A stretch of DNA of 64,000 nt from Acidocella sp. (GTDB lineage: Bacteria; Pseudomonadota; Alphaproteobacteria; Acetobacterales; Acetobacteraceae), in NCBI GenBank assembly GCA_965198835.1, contig OZ240675.1:534328-598327 (forward strand), in the 5' to 3' direction. Shown in pieces: positions 30,009 through 39,767 of the stretch. Below the pieces are notes generated by a model, which made no database searches, was not told the DNA's origin, and saw nothing but the letters and a program-made list of their open reading frames with translations. Both the position numbers and the translations under genes were made by a program. How positions within the stretch are numbered: position 1 is the stretch's first letter; each line of letters starts with the position of its first letter.

Positions 30009-31274
30009 ATGACCAGCCTGCTTAGAGCAGAATTTGCTGCCGCCATGATGCGCTTTGGACCGCTTCCCGCGCGGCCGCGCTTGGCAGTGGGCGTCTCGGG
30101 CGGCGCGGACAGTACGGCGCTTGCATTGCTTGCACAGCATTGGGCGGTTGAGCGCCAAGGCGATATTCTCGCACTGATCGTGGACCACGGCCTGCGACGT
30201 GGCTCAGACGATGAGGCAGGGATAGCGCGGCAACGGCTCGAAGCGCGCGGCATCGCCACGCGCGTCATTACGCTCTCAGGACTTGGGGGTCTAAAATTGC
30301 AGGAGCGGGCGCGCGGTGCCCGTCATGTCGCCCTGGCCAAGGCAACCCGGGAGAGCGGAGCGATCTTTCTTCTCCTCGGCCATCACGCGGCCGACCAGTC
30401 CGAGACAGTTGCAATGCGGGCCGAGCGTGGCAACGGCGGCCTGGAAGGGATGGCGGAATGCACAGCCAGGAACGACGTCGTGCTGCTGCGGCCCTTGCTG
30501 GCTATTGAACCGCTGCGCCTAAGGGAGTTTTTGCAGCTTGAGAACATGCTTTGGGTGGAAGATCCATCCAACCATGACCCGCGATTCGAGCGGGCCCGTT
30601 TGCGGCTGGCGGGCATCGCTGCGGTGCCTCGACCGCCGCTGGCGCGCCATCAAGCGGAAACCTCGGCCGCTTTGTTTCTTTCGCGCCATGTGATCATCCG
30701 CCCTGAAGGCTTTGCCGTTATAGATGCAGACGCAGCGCCCCAAGCTGCGCTTGCCGCCCTGCTGCGTATCGTCGGCGGCGCGCAATACGCGCCAAGGCGG
30801 GAGGCTGTAGCAGAATTGGCGCGTCAATTGCGGCCGGCGACTTTGGGCGGCGTTCGCATGATGCCGGCGGGTAGAATAGGCCCCGGCTGGTTGCTGGCGC
30901 GCGAGGCTTGGGCATGCGGCCCGGCAATTCCGGTAAGGCGTGGAACCGTCTGGGACGACAGGTTCCGCCTGCTGGAAGACGTTGAGGACGCGACCTGCTC
31001 CGCCTTGGGCGCCGACACGCCGATGTTTCGGAATGTCAGCAATCTTCCAGCCGCCGTGCTGGCCGGGCTGGCCTGCATTCGCCGCCCCGACGATCTCTCT
31101 GCTAAGCCGCGGTTGGCAAAGGCTTTTTTCGCGCCCCCGGCGCCGGCGGCGGCACACCCCTTCACTGCCCCTGAAGCCGAGCGGCCCAAGGCTAGACGCA
31201 ATTTATTTGTGGAAGGATGCCAAATAGGTGCAGAATACCCATGTAAAACTCCGAATGGTTTGAATGAGGCGTGA
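30009..31274 (+). CDS. tilS: tRNA(Ile)-lysidine synthase TilS
   Basis: PP-loop VGVSGGADSTALALL followed by HHAADQSETV. Confidence 0.85.
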   Translation: MTSLLRAEFAAAMMRFGPLPARPRLAVGVSGGADSTALALLAQHWAVERQGDILALIVDHGLRRGSDDEAGIARQRLEARGIATRVITLSGLGGLKLQERARGARHVALAKATRESGAIFLLLGHHAADQSETVAMRAERGNGGLEGMAECTARNDVVLLRPLLAIEPLRLREFLQLENMLWVEDPSNHDPRFERARLRLAGIAAVPRPPLARHQAETSAALFLSRHVIIRPEGFAVIDADAAPQAALAALLRIVGGAQYAPRREAVAELARQLRPATLGGVRMMPAGRIGPGWLLAREAWACGPAIPVRRGTVWDDRFRLLEDVEDATCSALGADTPMFRNVSNLPAAVLAGLACIRRPDDLSAKPRLAKAFFAPPAPAAAHPFTAPEAERPKARRNLFVEGCQIGAEYPCKTPNGLNEA

Positions 31275-31376
31275 CCTCCTCGGCTGTCAGGCCTTTCCAG
31301 GGCCAGATCGGAAATGGTTGAACGGGGCCACACGGGTCGTGGCGGCGGTTGGATTTAACGAATTGGACAAGGCTAG

Positions 31377-33299
31377 ATGAATAATCTCGGTCGAAATATT
31401 GCACTTTGGGTCGTTGTTGCGCTGTTTTTGGTGGTGTTGTTCAACGTCTTTCAACCTTCCACCTCCTCCAACAACGCGACCGAGGTGGCTTATTCCAGCT
31501 TCCTGGACGACGTGAACAGCGGCCTGGTCCAAAATGTCACCATCTCCGGCCATGACGTTACCGGCGCCACCAAGGACGGAAAGAGCTTCGAGACCTATAC
31601 GCCGGATGATCCAGCGCTGGTCAGCAAGCTGATCGCCGCAGGCGTGCATGTCGATGCGAAGCCGCAGGGCGATAATATGAACCCGATCCTGAAAATTCTC
31701 ATCTCGTGGGCGCCGATGCTGCTGCTTATCGGTGTCTGGATATTCTTTATGCGCCAGATGCAGTCCGGCGGCGGCCGTGCGATGGGCTTTGGCAAATCCC
31801 GCGCGCGCCTGCTTACCGAGAAACAGGGGCGGGTAACCTTCGAAGATGTCGCAGGCATCGATGAGGCGAAGAGCGAATTGCAGGAAATCGTCGAGTTCCT
31901 GCGCGATCCTCAAAAATTTCAGCGGTTGGGCGGCAAGATCCCCAAGGGCTGCTTGCTCGTTGGACCGCCTGGCACAGGCAAAACCTTGCTCGCCCGCGCC
32001 ATTGCCGGCGAAGCCAATGTTCCGTTTTTCACCATCTCCGGCTCGGATTTCGTCGAGATGTTCGTCGGCGTCGGCGCGTCGCGCGTGCGCGACATGTTCG
32101 AGCAGGGCAAGAAGAATGCCCCGTGCATCATTTTTATCGATGAAATTGACGCGGTCGGCCGACACCGCGGCGCCGGTCTCGGCGGCGGCAATGACGAGCG
32201 CGAACAGACGCTCAACCAGATGCTGGTCGAAATGGACGGGTTTGAGAGCAATGAGGGCGTGATCTTGATCGCCGCCACCAACCGACCCGATGTGCTTGAC
32301 CCGGCTTTGCTTCGTCCTGGCCGCTTCGACCGGCAGGTCGTGGTTCCCAACCCGGACGTGATGGGCCGCGAGAAGATTTTGAAAGTCCATATGCGTAAGG
32401 TGCCGCTGGCATCGGATGTGGATCCGAAGACCATCGCCCGCGGCACGCCCGGCTTCTCCGGCGCCGACCTGGCCAATCTGGTGAACGAGGCGGCGCTGCT
32501 CGCGGCGCGCATCGGCAAACGTGTGGTCGCCATGGCCGAATTCGAGCATGCCAAGGATAAGGTGATGATGGGCGCCGAGCGCCGCAGCCTGGTGATGAGC
32601 GATGATGAGAAAAAAATGACCGCTTATCATGAGGGCGGTCACGCCATCTGCTCGATAACGCTCCCCGAATGCGATCCGGTGCACAAGGCCACGATCATCC
32701 CGCGCGGCCGCGCGCTTGGCATGGTGATGAGCCTGCCGGAGGGCGATCGTTATTCCACCAGCAAGGTAAAACTCCTGCAGCAATTGATCATGGCAATGGG
32801 CGGCCGCGCCGCTGAGGAGATCATCTTCGGCGCGGAACGTGTTTCGAACGGCGCATCCGGAGACATCAAAATGGCGACCGACCAGACTCGCCGCATGGTC
32901 ACCGAATGGGGCATGTCTGAAAAGCTAGGAATGATTTCTTACGGAGATAACGGCCAGGAACTGTTTCTTGGGCATTCCGTGACCCAACATAAGAACGTAT
33001 CGGAAGCGACGGCTCGGGAAATCGACAATGAAATCAAGTCGATCATCGATCATGCGTACTCGGAGGCCAAACGCATTTTGACCGAAAGGCTGGCGGATTT
33101 AAACGCATTGGCCAAAGGCCTGCTGGAGTATGAGACCCTTTCCGGCGAGGAAATCCGGATGGTGATCAACGGCGAGAAGATTATCCGCAAGGTAGTGGAC
33201 GATCCAATGCCGGATCAGCGCCGAGCCTCCGTTCCCACGGCCAGCGCCAAACCTGATATGCCGACAGGCGGTATGGGTCCCTTGCCGGCGCCCGGCTAG
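31377..33299 (+). CDS. ftsH: ATP-dependent zinc metalloprotease FtsH
   Basis: Walker [12 protein letters not shown] region [20 protein letters not shown], zinc site HEGGHA. Confidence 0.97.
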   Translation: MNNLGRNIALWVVVALFLVVLFNVFQPSTSSNNATEVAYSSFLDDVNSGLVQNVTISGHDVTGATKDGKSFETYTPDDPALVSKLIAAGVHVDAKPQGDNMNPILKILISWAPMLLLIGVWIFFMRQMQSGGGRAMGFGKSRARLLTEKQGRVTFEDVAGIDEAKSELQEIVEFLRDPQKFQRLGGKIPKGCLLVGPPGTGKTLLARAIAGEANVPFFTISGSDFVEMFVGVGASRVRDMFEQGKKNAPCIIFIDEIDAVGRHRGAGLGGGNDEREQTLNQMLVEMDGFESNEGVILIAATNRPDVLDPALLRPGRFDRQVVVPNPDVMGREKILKVHMRKVPLASDVDPKTIARGTPGFSGADLANLVNEAALLAARIGKRVVAMAEFEHAKDKVMMGAERRSLVMSDDEKKMTAYHEGGHAICSITLPECDPVHKATIIPRGRALGMVMSLPEGDRYSTSKVKLLQQLIMAMGGRAAEEIIFGAERVSNGASGDIKMATDQTRRMVTEWGMSEKLGMISYGDNGQELFLGHSVTQHKNVSEATAREIDNEIKSIIDHAYSEAKRILTERLADLNALAKGLLEYETLSGEEIRMVINGEKIIRKVVDDPMPDQRRASVPTASAKPDMPTGGMGPLPAPG

Positions 33300-33363
33300 T
33301 CACGTTCAGCCCGTGCGATGCGTTGCTCATTGCTGCATGGGTTCGCAGGCCATCTTGCACGCC

Positions 33364-33400
33364 AAAGCATGGGACGCTGAAGCATGGGACGCTGAAGCAT
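33364..33400. repeat. Short tandem repeat, about 2.5 x 15 bp (gaagcatgggacgct)
   Basis: aaagcatgggacgct / gaagcatgggacgct / gaagcat, in the convergent spacer after ftsH. Confidence 0.6.
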
Positions 33401-33470
33401 TAGCCGCATCGGCTATATTTTATCCGCGATGCCCACACCGCGTCGGCCGGCTAAAGCGCGGGATGAATAA

Positions 33471-33710
33471 TTATTCTATCACATCTGCTTCGGGACGATC
33501 GCTTCCTTCGGCGAGTTCCGTGACCCAATCACCCGCCTCGTTCTGATACTCGATGGCGGCGGTCTCACCCGGCACGTTCTGTTCCTGCGCAACCCGATGC
33601 GCTGCGGCTAGAGCCGCAGCGCGGGTCGGAAAGGGTTCCGAGAACACGTCGTCGAGCTTGTAAGCCCAGCCGCCATCATGTTCTGCGATTCGATAGTTAA
33701 CTTTTGTCAT
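33471..33710 (-). CDS. DUF2188-like small protein
   Basis: 79 aa from ATG 33710. YRIAEHDGGWAYKLDD...AAALAAAHRVAQEQ resembles the DUF2188 pattern. Confidence 0.55.
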   Translation of the reverse strand: MTKVNYRIAEHDGGWAYKLDDVFSEPFPTRAAALAAAHRVAQEQNVPGETAAIEYQNEAGDWVTELAEGSDRPEADVIE

Positions 33711-33780
33711 GCCATGGCTCCTAGCTTCTGGATATGTGCATTGCCGGCGCAAAAATAACGGTGGTACGCAAGCATTTAAT

Positions 33781-34088
33781 CGCTGACGGATAAGTGGGGG
33801 GCTTCTGTTGCCCGGTGCCCCCCGAACCGCGCTTGTTACTGCTTATTAGGCAGCGACAGCGAATGCCTCATGGTTATCATTGGCATCTGTAAAATAGCCC
33901 GATAACGGCGGTACAATGCCGAGCGAAAGACGAGCCTTTACCACGCGTGTCGAGCCTATTTCGCCCCCAAGGTCTGATCTCCAGCCGGCAAAGCCGACCG
34001 GTAACTACCAGAAGATGGTGGAGGCGCCGGGTACCGCCCCCGGGTCCACAACGTTTATTCCACGCGCCGTTTATCGCCGTAGCCGGAA
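33781..34088 (-). ncRNA. ssrA: Two-piece (circularly permuted) alphaproteobacterial tmRNA
   Basis: On the minus strand the acceptor piece ends CGCCTCCACCA (CCA end at 34016). An intervening segment follows, then a coding piece starting GGGGGCG at 33968 that pairs with it, including G3:U70. Tag ORF GCC AAT GAT AAC CAT GAG GCA TTC GCT GVC-type codons read ANDNHEAFAVAA plus TAA TAA at 33884..33843. Outer ends are approximate, +/-15 nt. Confidence 0.85.
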
Positions 34089-34101
34089 AACCAGCGCGAT
34101 T

Positions 34102-34129
34102 GCTATAGGCCATTTTAAGCTGAGGTGAA
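34102..34129 (-). promoter_or_regulatory. Candidate sigma70-type promoter of ssrA
   Basis: Minus strand reads TTCACC-16 nt-TATAGC just upstream of the inferred 5' end of the acceptor piece. Confidence 0.35.
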
Positions 34130-34282
34130 AGGGGTATGCCTGTTTCAGCACTTCAGCTTATGCCGCGTTAATGTGCCTTTGAGAGGTAGAAGCAACAAAA
34201 ATGCTGCTGAGGGGCATTGTAAAAAGCAAAAAAAGACGACATCAAGGAACAAAGCAAAGTCGAAATAATAAGGGAGCAAATA

Positions 34283-35956
34283 ATGTCCAAGGAAATGAAC
34301 AACGTTCATCGGTTGAAGAATCGTAAGCTAAAGGCATTGGCGCTGGGGGCGATTGCGCTTGGTCTGCCAGCCGGCGGATTAGTGCTGGCTGCGGCGCCGG
34401 CACTCGCCATGCAACTCTATGACGGCACGACGCAAGGCAATAACTGGGAAGTCAGCCTGGACACCACCCTTTCCTATACCGGCATGTACCGAATTGGCGA
34501 GCCTTCGACAGTGCTGGAAAACGGCGTGATCAATGGCGAAGCCAATATCAACGGCAATGATGGCGACGCCAATTTCCGCCACGGCATCGTCGCCAATCTG
34601 TTCGAAATCCTGCCGGTTCTGGATATCAAGAACAGCGATTTCGGCATGCATTTCAGCGGCGAGTATTTCGTCAACACCGTCTATCTCCAGCACAACCAGA
34701 ACAACCAGCCAGGCTACACCATCAATTCCTATACCTCCTGCCGCACCTGCTTCAATCCCGCCTCGGCCGCGGCGGAAGGCCATAACGGGCGCATGCTCGA
34801 TGCCTTCGTCTATAACAGCTGGCATTTCGGCAACGATCAGGAAATTACGCTCAAGGCCGGCAAGCAGACCCTGTTCTGGGGCCAGAGCCTGTTCTTCGGC
34901 AGCGACGGCATCTCCGGCGGCCAGGCCCCCATCGATGCCGTATCGGCCCAGAACATCGTGAATGCGCAGAGTCAGCAGACCTATCTACCGGTCGGCCAGG
35001 TCGTCGCCACCTACAAGCCGAACCTGACCTACACGCTGCAGGCCTATTACCAGTTCGAGTGGGAGCCGGATTCGCTGCAGGGTGTCGGCTCCTTCTTCAG
35101 CGGCTCGGATCTGACCGGGCCAGGCGCCAACCTGTTCATCCCGCCGCCTTTTGGGGTTTTCGGCATCGCCTTGCCGCGTTTGAAGGCGCTGACGCCGGAA
35201 TCTCAAAACGGCCAGTTCGGCGTGTCCGTACAGGCGCAATACGGCAATTACGATCTCGGCTTGTTCGTCCTGCGCTTCGATTCAAAGACGCCGACCCCGC
35301 AATTTTTTACCAATGGAAGCGGCTTTCGCTATATCTTCCCGCGTGACATCTGGATCTACGGCGGCAGCCTTGGCACCACCGTCGGCGCCACCCAGATCGG
35401 CGCGGAACTTAGCCTGCATTCCCATACGCCGCTGGTCGGCAATGGCGCCGTCATCAGCGGCGATGCCAACAGCAATCCGGGCTACCCGGTCGGCGACGCG
35501 CTGGTCGGGCTGGTCAACTTCATCTACGGCTCACCCTCGCTGCCGTTCGATCCGGGCGGCATCACCGCGGTGGGCGAGCTTTGCTATACCAACACCTTCC
35601 ACGTTACGCGCAACCCGCAAGATCTGCAGCCCGGCCGCTCGCGCGAATCGCTCTCCATGGGCGGCGATCTGATCCCGACCTATAACGAGGTGCTGCCCTT
35701 CCTGCAGCTTACCTTCCCCGTCGGCCTGATCGGCTACACCGCCGCCGGCAACTCGGAGTTCGACTCCACCCTCAACCACGGCACCGCGACCGAGTTCGAC
35801 GTCGGCATCGGTGCCACCTATCGCAGCGTCTGGACCGCCAGCCTGACCTATGTCGCGCCGTTCGGTAAGGTCACCGCCAATTCCACCCTGCCGGAATCCG
35901 GCTCCGGCACCGTCGATCGCAAATATCTGGAACTGAATATCCAACGGACATTTTAA
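34283..35956 (+). CDS. DUF1302-family outer-membrane beta-barrel protein
   Basis: 557 aa. Signal peptide ending ALA, alternating beta-strand pattern, KAGKQTLFWGQSLFFG motif, C-terminal Phe (NIQRTF). Confidence 0.7.
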   Translation: MSKEMNNVHRLKNRKLKALALGAIALGLPAGGLVLAAAPALAMQLYDGTTQGNNWEVSLDTTLSYTGMYRIGEPSTVLENGVINGEANINGNDGDANFRHGIVANLFEILPVLDIKNSDFGMHFSGEYFVNTVYLQHNQNNQPGYTINSYTSCRTCFNPASAAAEGHNGRMLDAFVYNSWHFGNDQEITLKAGKQTLFWGQSLFFGSDGISGGQAPIDAVSAQNIVNAQSQQTYLPVGQVVATYKPNLTYTLQAYYQFEWEPDSLQGVGSFFSGSDLTGPGANLFIPPPFGVFGIALPRLKALTPESQNGQFGVSVQAQYGNYDLGLFVLRFDSKTPTPQFFTNGSGFRYIFPRDIWIYGGSLGTTVGATQIGAELSLHSHTPLVGNGAVISGDANSNPGYPVGDALVGLVNFIYGSPSLPFDPGGITAVGELCYTNTFHVTRNPQDLQPGRSRESLSMGGDLIPTYNEVLPFLQLTFPVGLIGYTAAGNSEFDSTLNHGTATEFDVGIGATYRSVWTASLTYVAPFGKVTANSTLPESGSGTVDRKYLELNIQRTF

Positions 35957-36049
35957 GGCCGCTCTCGACCGGCAGGTGAGACCTGCCGGTCGAGAGCAGA
36001 CGCTCGACAAGATGAACGGCTAAACCCAGCCTTATCACATCTCCAGCAC

Positions 36050-37207
36050 TCAGCTTGATTTGGATAGGCTTGAAGTATCAGCCCAAGCTCTGCTGGCATC
36101 GGAACCATAAAAGGCCGCGACCAGGCCTTGGACTTCCGCCGCTCTGGCAAAGCTGGGAAGCGGCTCGCCCTGGCCATGGATCGCGTCGATAAAGCGCTCG
36201 AAGAGCCTGGCCAGCGAGACACGCTGTCCGCCATTCATCAGATCCGCAGGTCCATGTTCGACAACGCGTCCGCCGACGGTCATCAGCCGCTCGGGCACCG
36301 GTACTTCAGCACCGGATGGCATATGGTTTCGGCTGTTTTTCGCGGCATATAGCTTCGCTGTATCCACGCTCGGGTAGCGCAAGGCGGAAAGCCGCAGGCG
36401 GCCTTTGCTGCCGAACGCTTCGATGGTAAAGCCGGGACTGTCCGCTGCCGTCCAGGAAGTGGTCAAGGTTCCCATCGCGCCGCTCTCGAAACTTAGAAGC
36501 GCATGGCAGGTGTCATCGGTTTCCACGTCCAGCACTTCGCCATCCGGCAGCTTCCATGTCTTCAGCTGGGTCTTGAGGTGGGCAGCGGTTGCGGTGATGG
36601 GACCGAATAAATGCCGCAGCGCATGCAGCATATGCGAGCCGTTATTGCGCGACACGCTCACCCCAAGCCCGGATTTTCCGAACCAGGTGTATGGAAACCC
36701 CGGGGATATTTCGAGGAAGAAGGACATTTGCCAGTCGCATTGCACCTGAAAAACCTGGCCTATTTCCCCCGCGTCGATCATCTCCTTCATCAGCCAAAGA
36801 TGCGGCAGGCCCAGTAGCGAGGTCGCCGCGCCGCCCATCACGCCTTTTGCGGCCCGCAGTGCCTCCAGCCTGGCCGCGACTTCATAGGACTCAGCGAAGG
36901 GCATCTGGTTGATCACATGCTTGCCGGCGTTCAGCGCCGCCGTGACCATTTTCGCCCGCAGTACAGGATTGGTGCCGACATCAATGATATCGATCTCCGG
37001 ATCGGTGCACATGGCTTCGAAGCTCCAGAACGGCCGCGCGACACCGAATTGCTTCGCCGCCGCTTCGGCCGTTTCCTGCCGCGACGTGCAGATGGCGGTA
37101 ACCTCAACATCGTCAGGCAGCGTGCGCCACGCCGGAAGATGGGCAGCCGCGCCCCAGTTTGCGCTGATAATCCCGACCTTGAGCTTACCCGTTCCTGCTC
37201 CCGCCAT
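36050..37207 (-). CDS. Gfo/Idh/MocA family oxidoreductase
   Basis: KVGIISANWGAAAHLPAW Rossmann N-terminus from ATG 37207. The longer ORF to 37396 reads through the 16-bp repeat array. Confidence 0.85.
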   Translation of the reverse strand: MAGAGTGKLKVGIISANWGAAAHLPAWRTLPDDVEVTAICTSRQETAEAAAKQFGVARPFWSFEAMCTDPEIDIIDVGTNPVLRAKMVTAALNAGKHVINQMPFAESYEVAARLEALRAAKGVMGGAATSLLGLPHLWLMKEMIDAGEIGQVFQVQCDWQMSFFLEISPGFPYTWFGKSGLGVSVSRNNGSHMLHALRHLFGPITATAAHLKTQLKTWKLPDGEVLDVETDDTCHALLSFESGAMGTLTTSWTAADSPGFTIEAFGSKGRLRLSALRYPSVDTAKLYAAKNSRNHMPSGAEVPVPERLMTVGGRVVEHGPADLMNGGQRVSLARLFERFIDAIHGQGEPLPSFARAAEVQGLVAAFYGSDASRAWADTSSLSKSS

Positions 37208-37256
37208 GTCCAATCCTCCAGCGTTTTCTTGTTCAGCGCGTTGTGCAGCACGCCGG

Positions 37257-37352
37257 CCGATTGCATGAATCGCCGATTGCAACAATCGCCGATTGCAAGA
37301 ATCGTTGATTGCAAGAATCGCCGATTGCGAGAATCGCCGATTGCAACAATCA
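37257..37352. repeat. Tandem array of six 16-bp units (consensus CCGATTGCAAGAATCG) in a divergent promoter
   Basis: Units start at 37257, 37273, 37289, 37305, 37321 and 37337. Each has CGATT-N5-AATCG inverted arms and a central TTGCAA. Four units contain GAATC (GANTC). A degenerate copy lies at 37364..37379. Confidence 0.9.
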
Positions 37353-37496
37353 AGGCTAGCCGACCGATCCGCAATATCGCCAAGCGTCTGCAACATCGCC
37401 AGGGCGATAGAAGGCGTATTGCGTCAAAGTTCTAGTCAATGTCATGTCTGCGCGCTAGTAACGCATAAGCTTCAACAAAATCGGGGATAGGAAAAG

Positions 37497-38243
37497 ATGG
37501 CCGGCAAAATAATCGTCATCACCGGGGCGAATGGTGGTCTGGGGCGTACGCTGGCCAAAAGATTTGCCGATGACGGCGAGAAGCTGGTGCTTCTCGGGCG
37601 GAATATCGCCAAGGTGGAACAAGTTGCCCAAACGGTTGGCGGCGGAGCTATCGCCATCGCTTGCGACGTCGCTTCGCCGGACTCCGTGCGGGCCGCCTTT
37701 GCAAAAATAGCCGAGACCTATTCGAAGATCGACGTGCTGATCAACAATGCCGCCGTCTTCCAGCCCTTCCTGGTGCAGGAAGCCTCCGACGCGCAGATCA
37801 TGGGCTCGCTGCTCACCAACCTGGCCGGACCTATCCTTTGTGCGCGCTCTGCCATCCCCCTGATCAACCGCGGCGGCCATATCATCAACCTGACATCGGA
37901 GTCGATCGTCGAGCCCTTCCCGCATCTGACATTGTACCAATCCTCCAAAGCAGGGCTGGAATCCTTCTCGCTGCATCTAAAGAAGGAACTGGATGATTTA
38001 GGCACCGGCATTCGGGTCACGATCGTTCGCGCTGGACAGATGTATGGGCCGGATAGTACGATCGAGATGGAACCGGTCGCGGCGCAGCGCTTTCAGGAGG
38101 CTTCCTTGAAGCGAGGCCTGAATTTCATGGCGCGCGGGGTCACGCAATACAGTTCTACTGTGGACATCTTCCGGCTGCTGCTCGACCTGCCGCAGGATGT
38201 TCAGGTCGGCGCGATCATGTTCGAAAGCCGCGTACCTACCTAA
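37497..38243 (+). CDS. SDR family oxidoreductase
   Basis: VITGANGGLGRTLA glycine motif, NNAA, YQSSK catalytic motif. Confidence 0.85.
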   Translation: MAGKIIVITGANGGLGRTLAKRFADDGEKLVLLGRNIAKVEQVAQTVGGGAIAIACDVASPDSVRAAFAKIAETYSKIDVLINNAAVFQPFLVQEASDAQIMGSLLTNLAGPILCARSAIPLINRGGHIINLTSESIVEPFPHLTLYQSSKAGLESFSLHLKKELDDLGTGIRVTIVRAGQMYGPDSTIEMEPVAAQRFQEASLKRGLNFMARGVTQYSSTVDIFRLLLDLPQDVQVGAIMFESRVPT

Positions 38244-38300
38244 TAACGCGTTGCCTAAAACCGGCGAGCCGCAAAGGCTCCAAGAGGAGAGGAAGTTCAA

Positions 38301-39767
38301 ATGATATTCGAGGATGGCAAACTTTATATAGACGGCAAACTTCGGGAAGCGGCCAATAGCGCCAAATATCCGGATATCGACCCCTGGACGGGCGAGATTG
38401 CAGGTTATGCGGCCGATGCCTCTACGGAGGACATGGACGAGGCGATCGTCGCCGCCCGGCGGGCTTTCGATACCACCGATTGGGCCACCAACCACACGCT
38501 GCGCCGGGAACTGGTGGTTAAGCTGGGTGAGAAACTGCGCGCCAACCGGGAACGACTGGTAGAGATTGCAAGGCACGAAGCCGGCGCCCCGATGGGCGCT
38601 GTATTCAGTGCCCAGGTCGATGGCCCGCTTAGCTTCTTCGAGGATTTGCTGAAAATCTTCGACGCGCTGGAATGGGAAAAGCCGATGGGCGAGCGCGAGG
38701 GTTATGGTTCGCTCAGCTCGCGTCTGCTGGTCAAGGAACCGGCCGGCGTGGTTGGCGCCATCACGCCTTGGAACGTCCCGCTCTACATCACCGTGGGCAA
38801 AGTCATCCCAGCCCTGCTGGCCGGCTGCACGGTGATTATCAAACCGGCACCGGACACACCGCTCTTCAGCACGATCCTCGGCGAGCTTGCCCATGAGATC
38901 GGATTTCCACCCGGCGTCCTTAATGTCGTCTCCGGCAGCGATCCCGTGACTTTGGGCGAGATGCTGGTCACTGACAAACGCGTTGACGTGATTTCCTTCA
39001 CCGGTTCGACGGGTGTCGGACGGCGCATCATGGAAAAAGGCGCACCCACGCTAAAACGGCTCTTCCTCGAGCTCGGCGGTAAATCTGCGGCCATCTTCCT
39101 GGATGACGCGCCGTATTTCGCGGAGACGGTGGCACAGATGATGTGCGTCTATCACGCCGGCCAGGGCTGCGCGAACCTGACGCGGCTATTGGTGCCGGAG
39201 AGCCGCTATGCCGAAGCGGTGGCGAGCCTGGAGGCGGCCTATGCCGGCTTCAGCCAAACCTGGGGCGGCTTCGATGAGCCCAGCAACGTCATGGGACCGG
39301 TGATCTCCGCGCGCCAGCGCGACCGGGTGATGAGCTATATCGAAATCGGCAAAGCCGAGGGCGCGAAGCTGATCGCCGGCGGCAACATCGCAACCGACAA
39401 AGGCAACGGCTTTTTTGTCGAGCCTACCTGCTTCGTCGACGTAACGAACGACATGCGGATTGCGCGCGAGGAAATCTTTGGCCCGGTACAGGTGCTCATC
39501 CCCTTCAAGGACGACGAAGACGCAATTCGCATCGCCAATGACAGCGACTACGGCCTCTCCGGCATGATTTTCTCAGGCGATAGCGAACGCGCAACGAAAA
39601 TTGCCAAGCGCATCCGCACCGGCACCATCGGCGTGAATGGCGGCATGTCCATCACCGTCGATCTGCCCTTCGGCGGCTACAAGCAGAGCGGCATCGGCAA
39701 GGAATGGGGATTGGAAGGTTTCGAAGAGTATCTCGAGACGAAAGTGATCGCTACCAGGGCGCAATGA
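38301..39767 (+). CDS. NAD(P)-dependent aldehyde dehydrogenase
   Basis: 488 aa with FTGSTGVGRRI, ELGGKSA, the catalytic Cys region GQGCAN and EEIFGPV. Confidence 0.9.
   Translation: MIFEDGKLYIDGKLREAANSAKYPDIDPWTGEIAGYAADASTEDMDEAIVAARRAFDTTDWATNHTLRRELVVKLGEKLRANRERLVEIARHEAGAPMGAVFSAQVDGPLSFFEDLLKIFDALEWEKPMGEREGYGSLSSRLLVKEPAGVVGAITPWNVPLYITVGKVIPALLAGCTVIIKPAPDTPLFSTILGELAHEIGFPPGVLNVVSGSDPVTLGEMLVTDKRVDVISFTGSTGVGRRIMEKGAPTLKRLFLELGGKSAAIFLDDAPYFAETVAQMMCVYHAGQGCANLTRLLVPESRYAEAVASLEAAYAGFSQTWGGFDEPSNVMGPVISARQRDRVMSYIEIGKAEGAKLIAGGNIATDKGNGFFVEPTCFVDVTNDMRIAREEIFGPVQVLIPFKDDEDAIRIANDSDYGLSGMIFSGDSERATKIAKRIRTGTIGVNGGMSITVDLPFGGYKQSGIGKEWGLEGFEEYLETKVIATRAQ

Noticed and set aside
31287-32783. 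498-aa ORF antisense to ftsH. Similar long antisense or off-frame ORFs are 17329..18600, 43858..45234, 56474..57631, 57791..59047, 59048..59860, 59715..61022, 15338..16219, 37998..38894 and 47573..48235.
   Set aside because: They are shadow ORFs typical of high-GC DNA. They are Arg/Gly/Ala/Pro-rich with no recognisable domains, and each lies fully inside a confidently identified gene on the other strand or frame.
33877-34128. ORFs 33877..34113 (-) and 33916..34128 (+)
   Set aside because: They overlap the tmRNA gene. The RNA interpretation explains the sequence fully: acceptor stem, CCA end and canonical tag.
37257-37352. Possible CRISPR array
   Set aside because: The repeats are directly abutting 16-mers with no spacers, and no cas genes are in the window.
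37208-37396. N-terminal extension of the Gfo/Idh/MocA ORF with repetitive peptide (CCNRRFSQSAILAINDSCNRRLLQSAIHAIG)
   Set aside because: It is caused by reading through the 16-bp tandem array. The period is not a multiple of 3, the repeat appears in several frames and strands, and a normal Rossmann N-terminus starts at ATG 37207.
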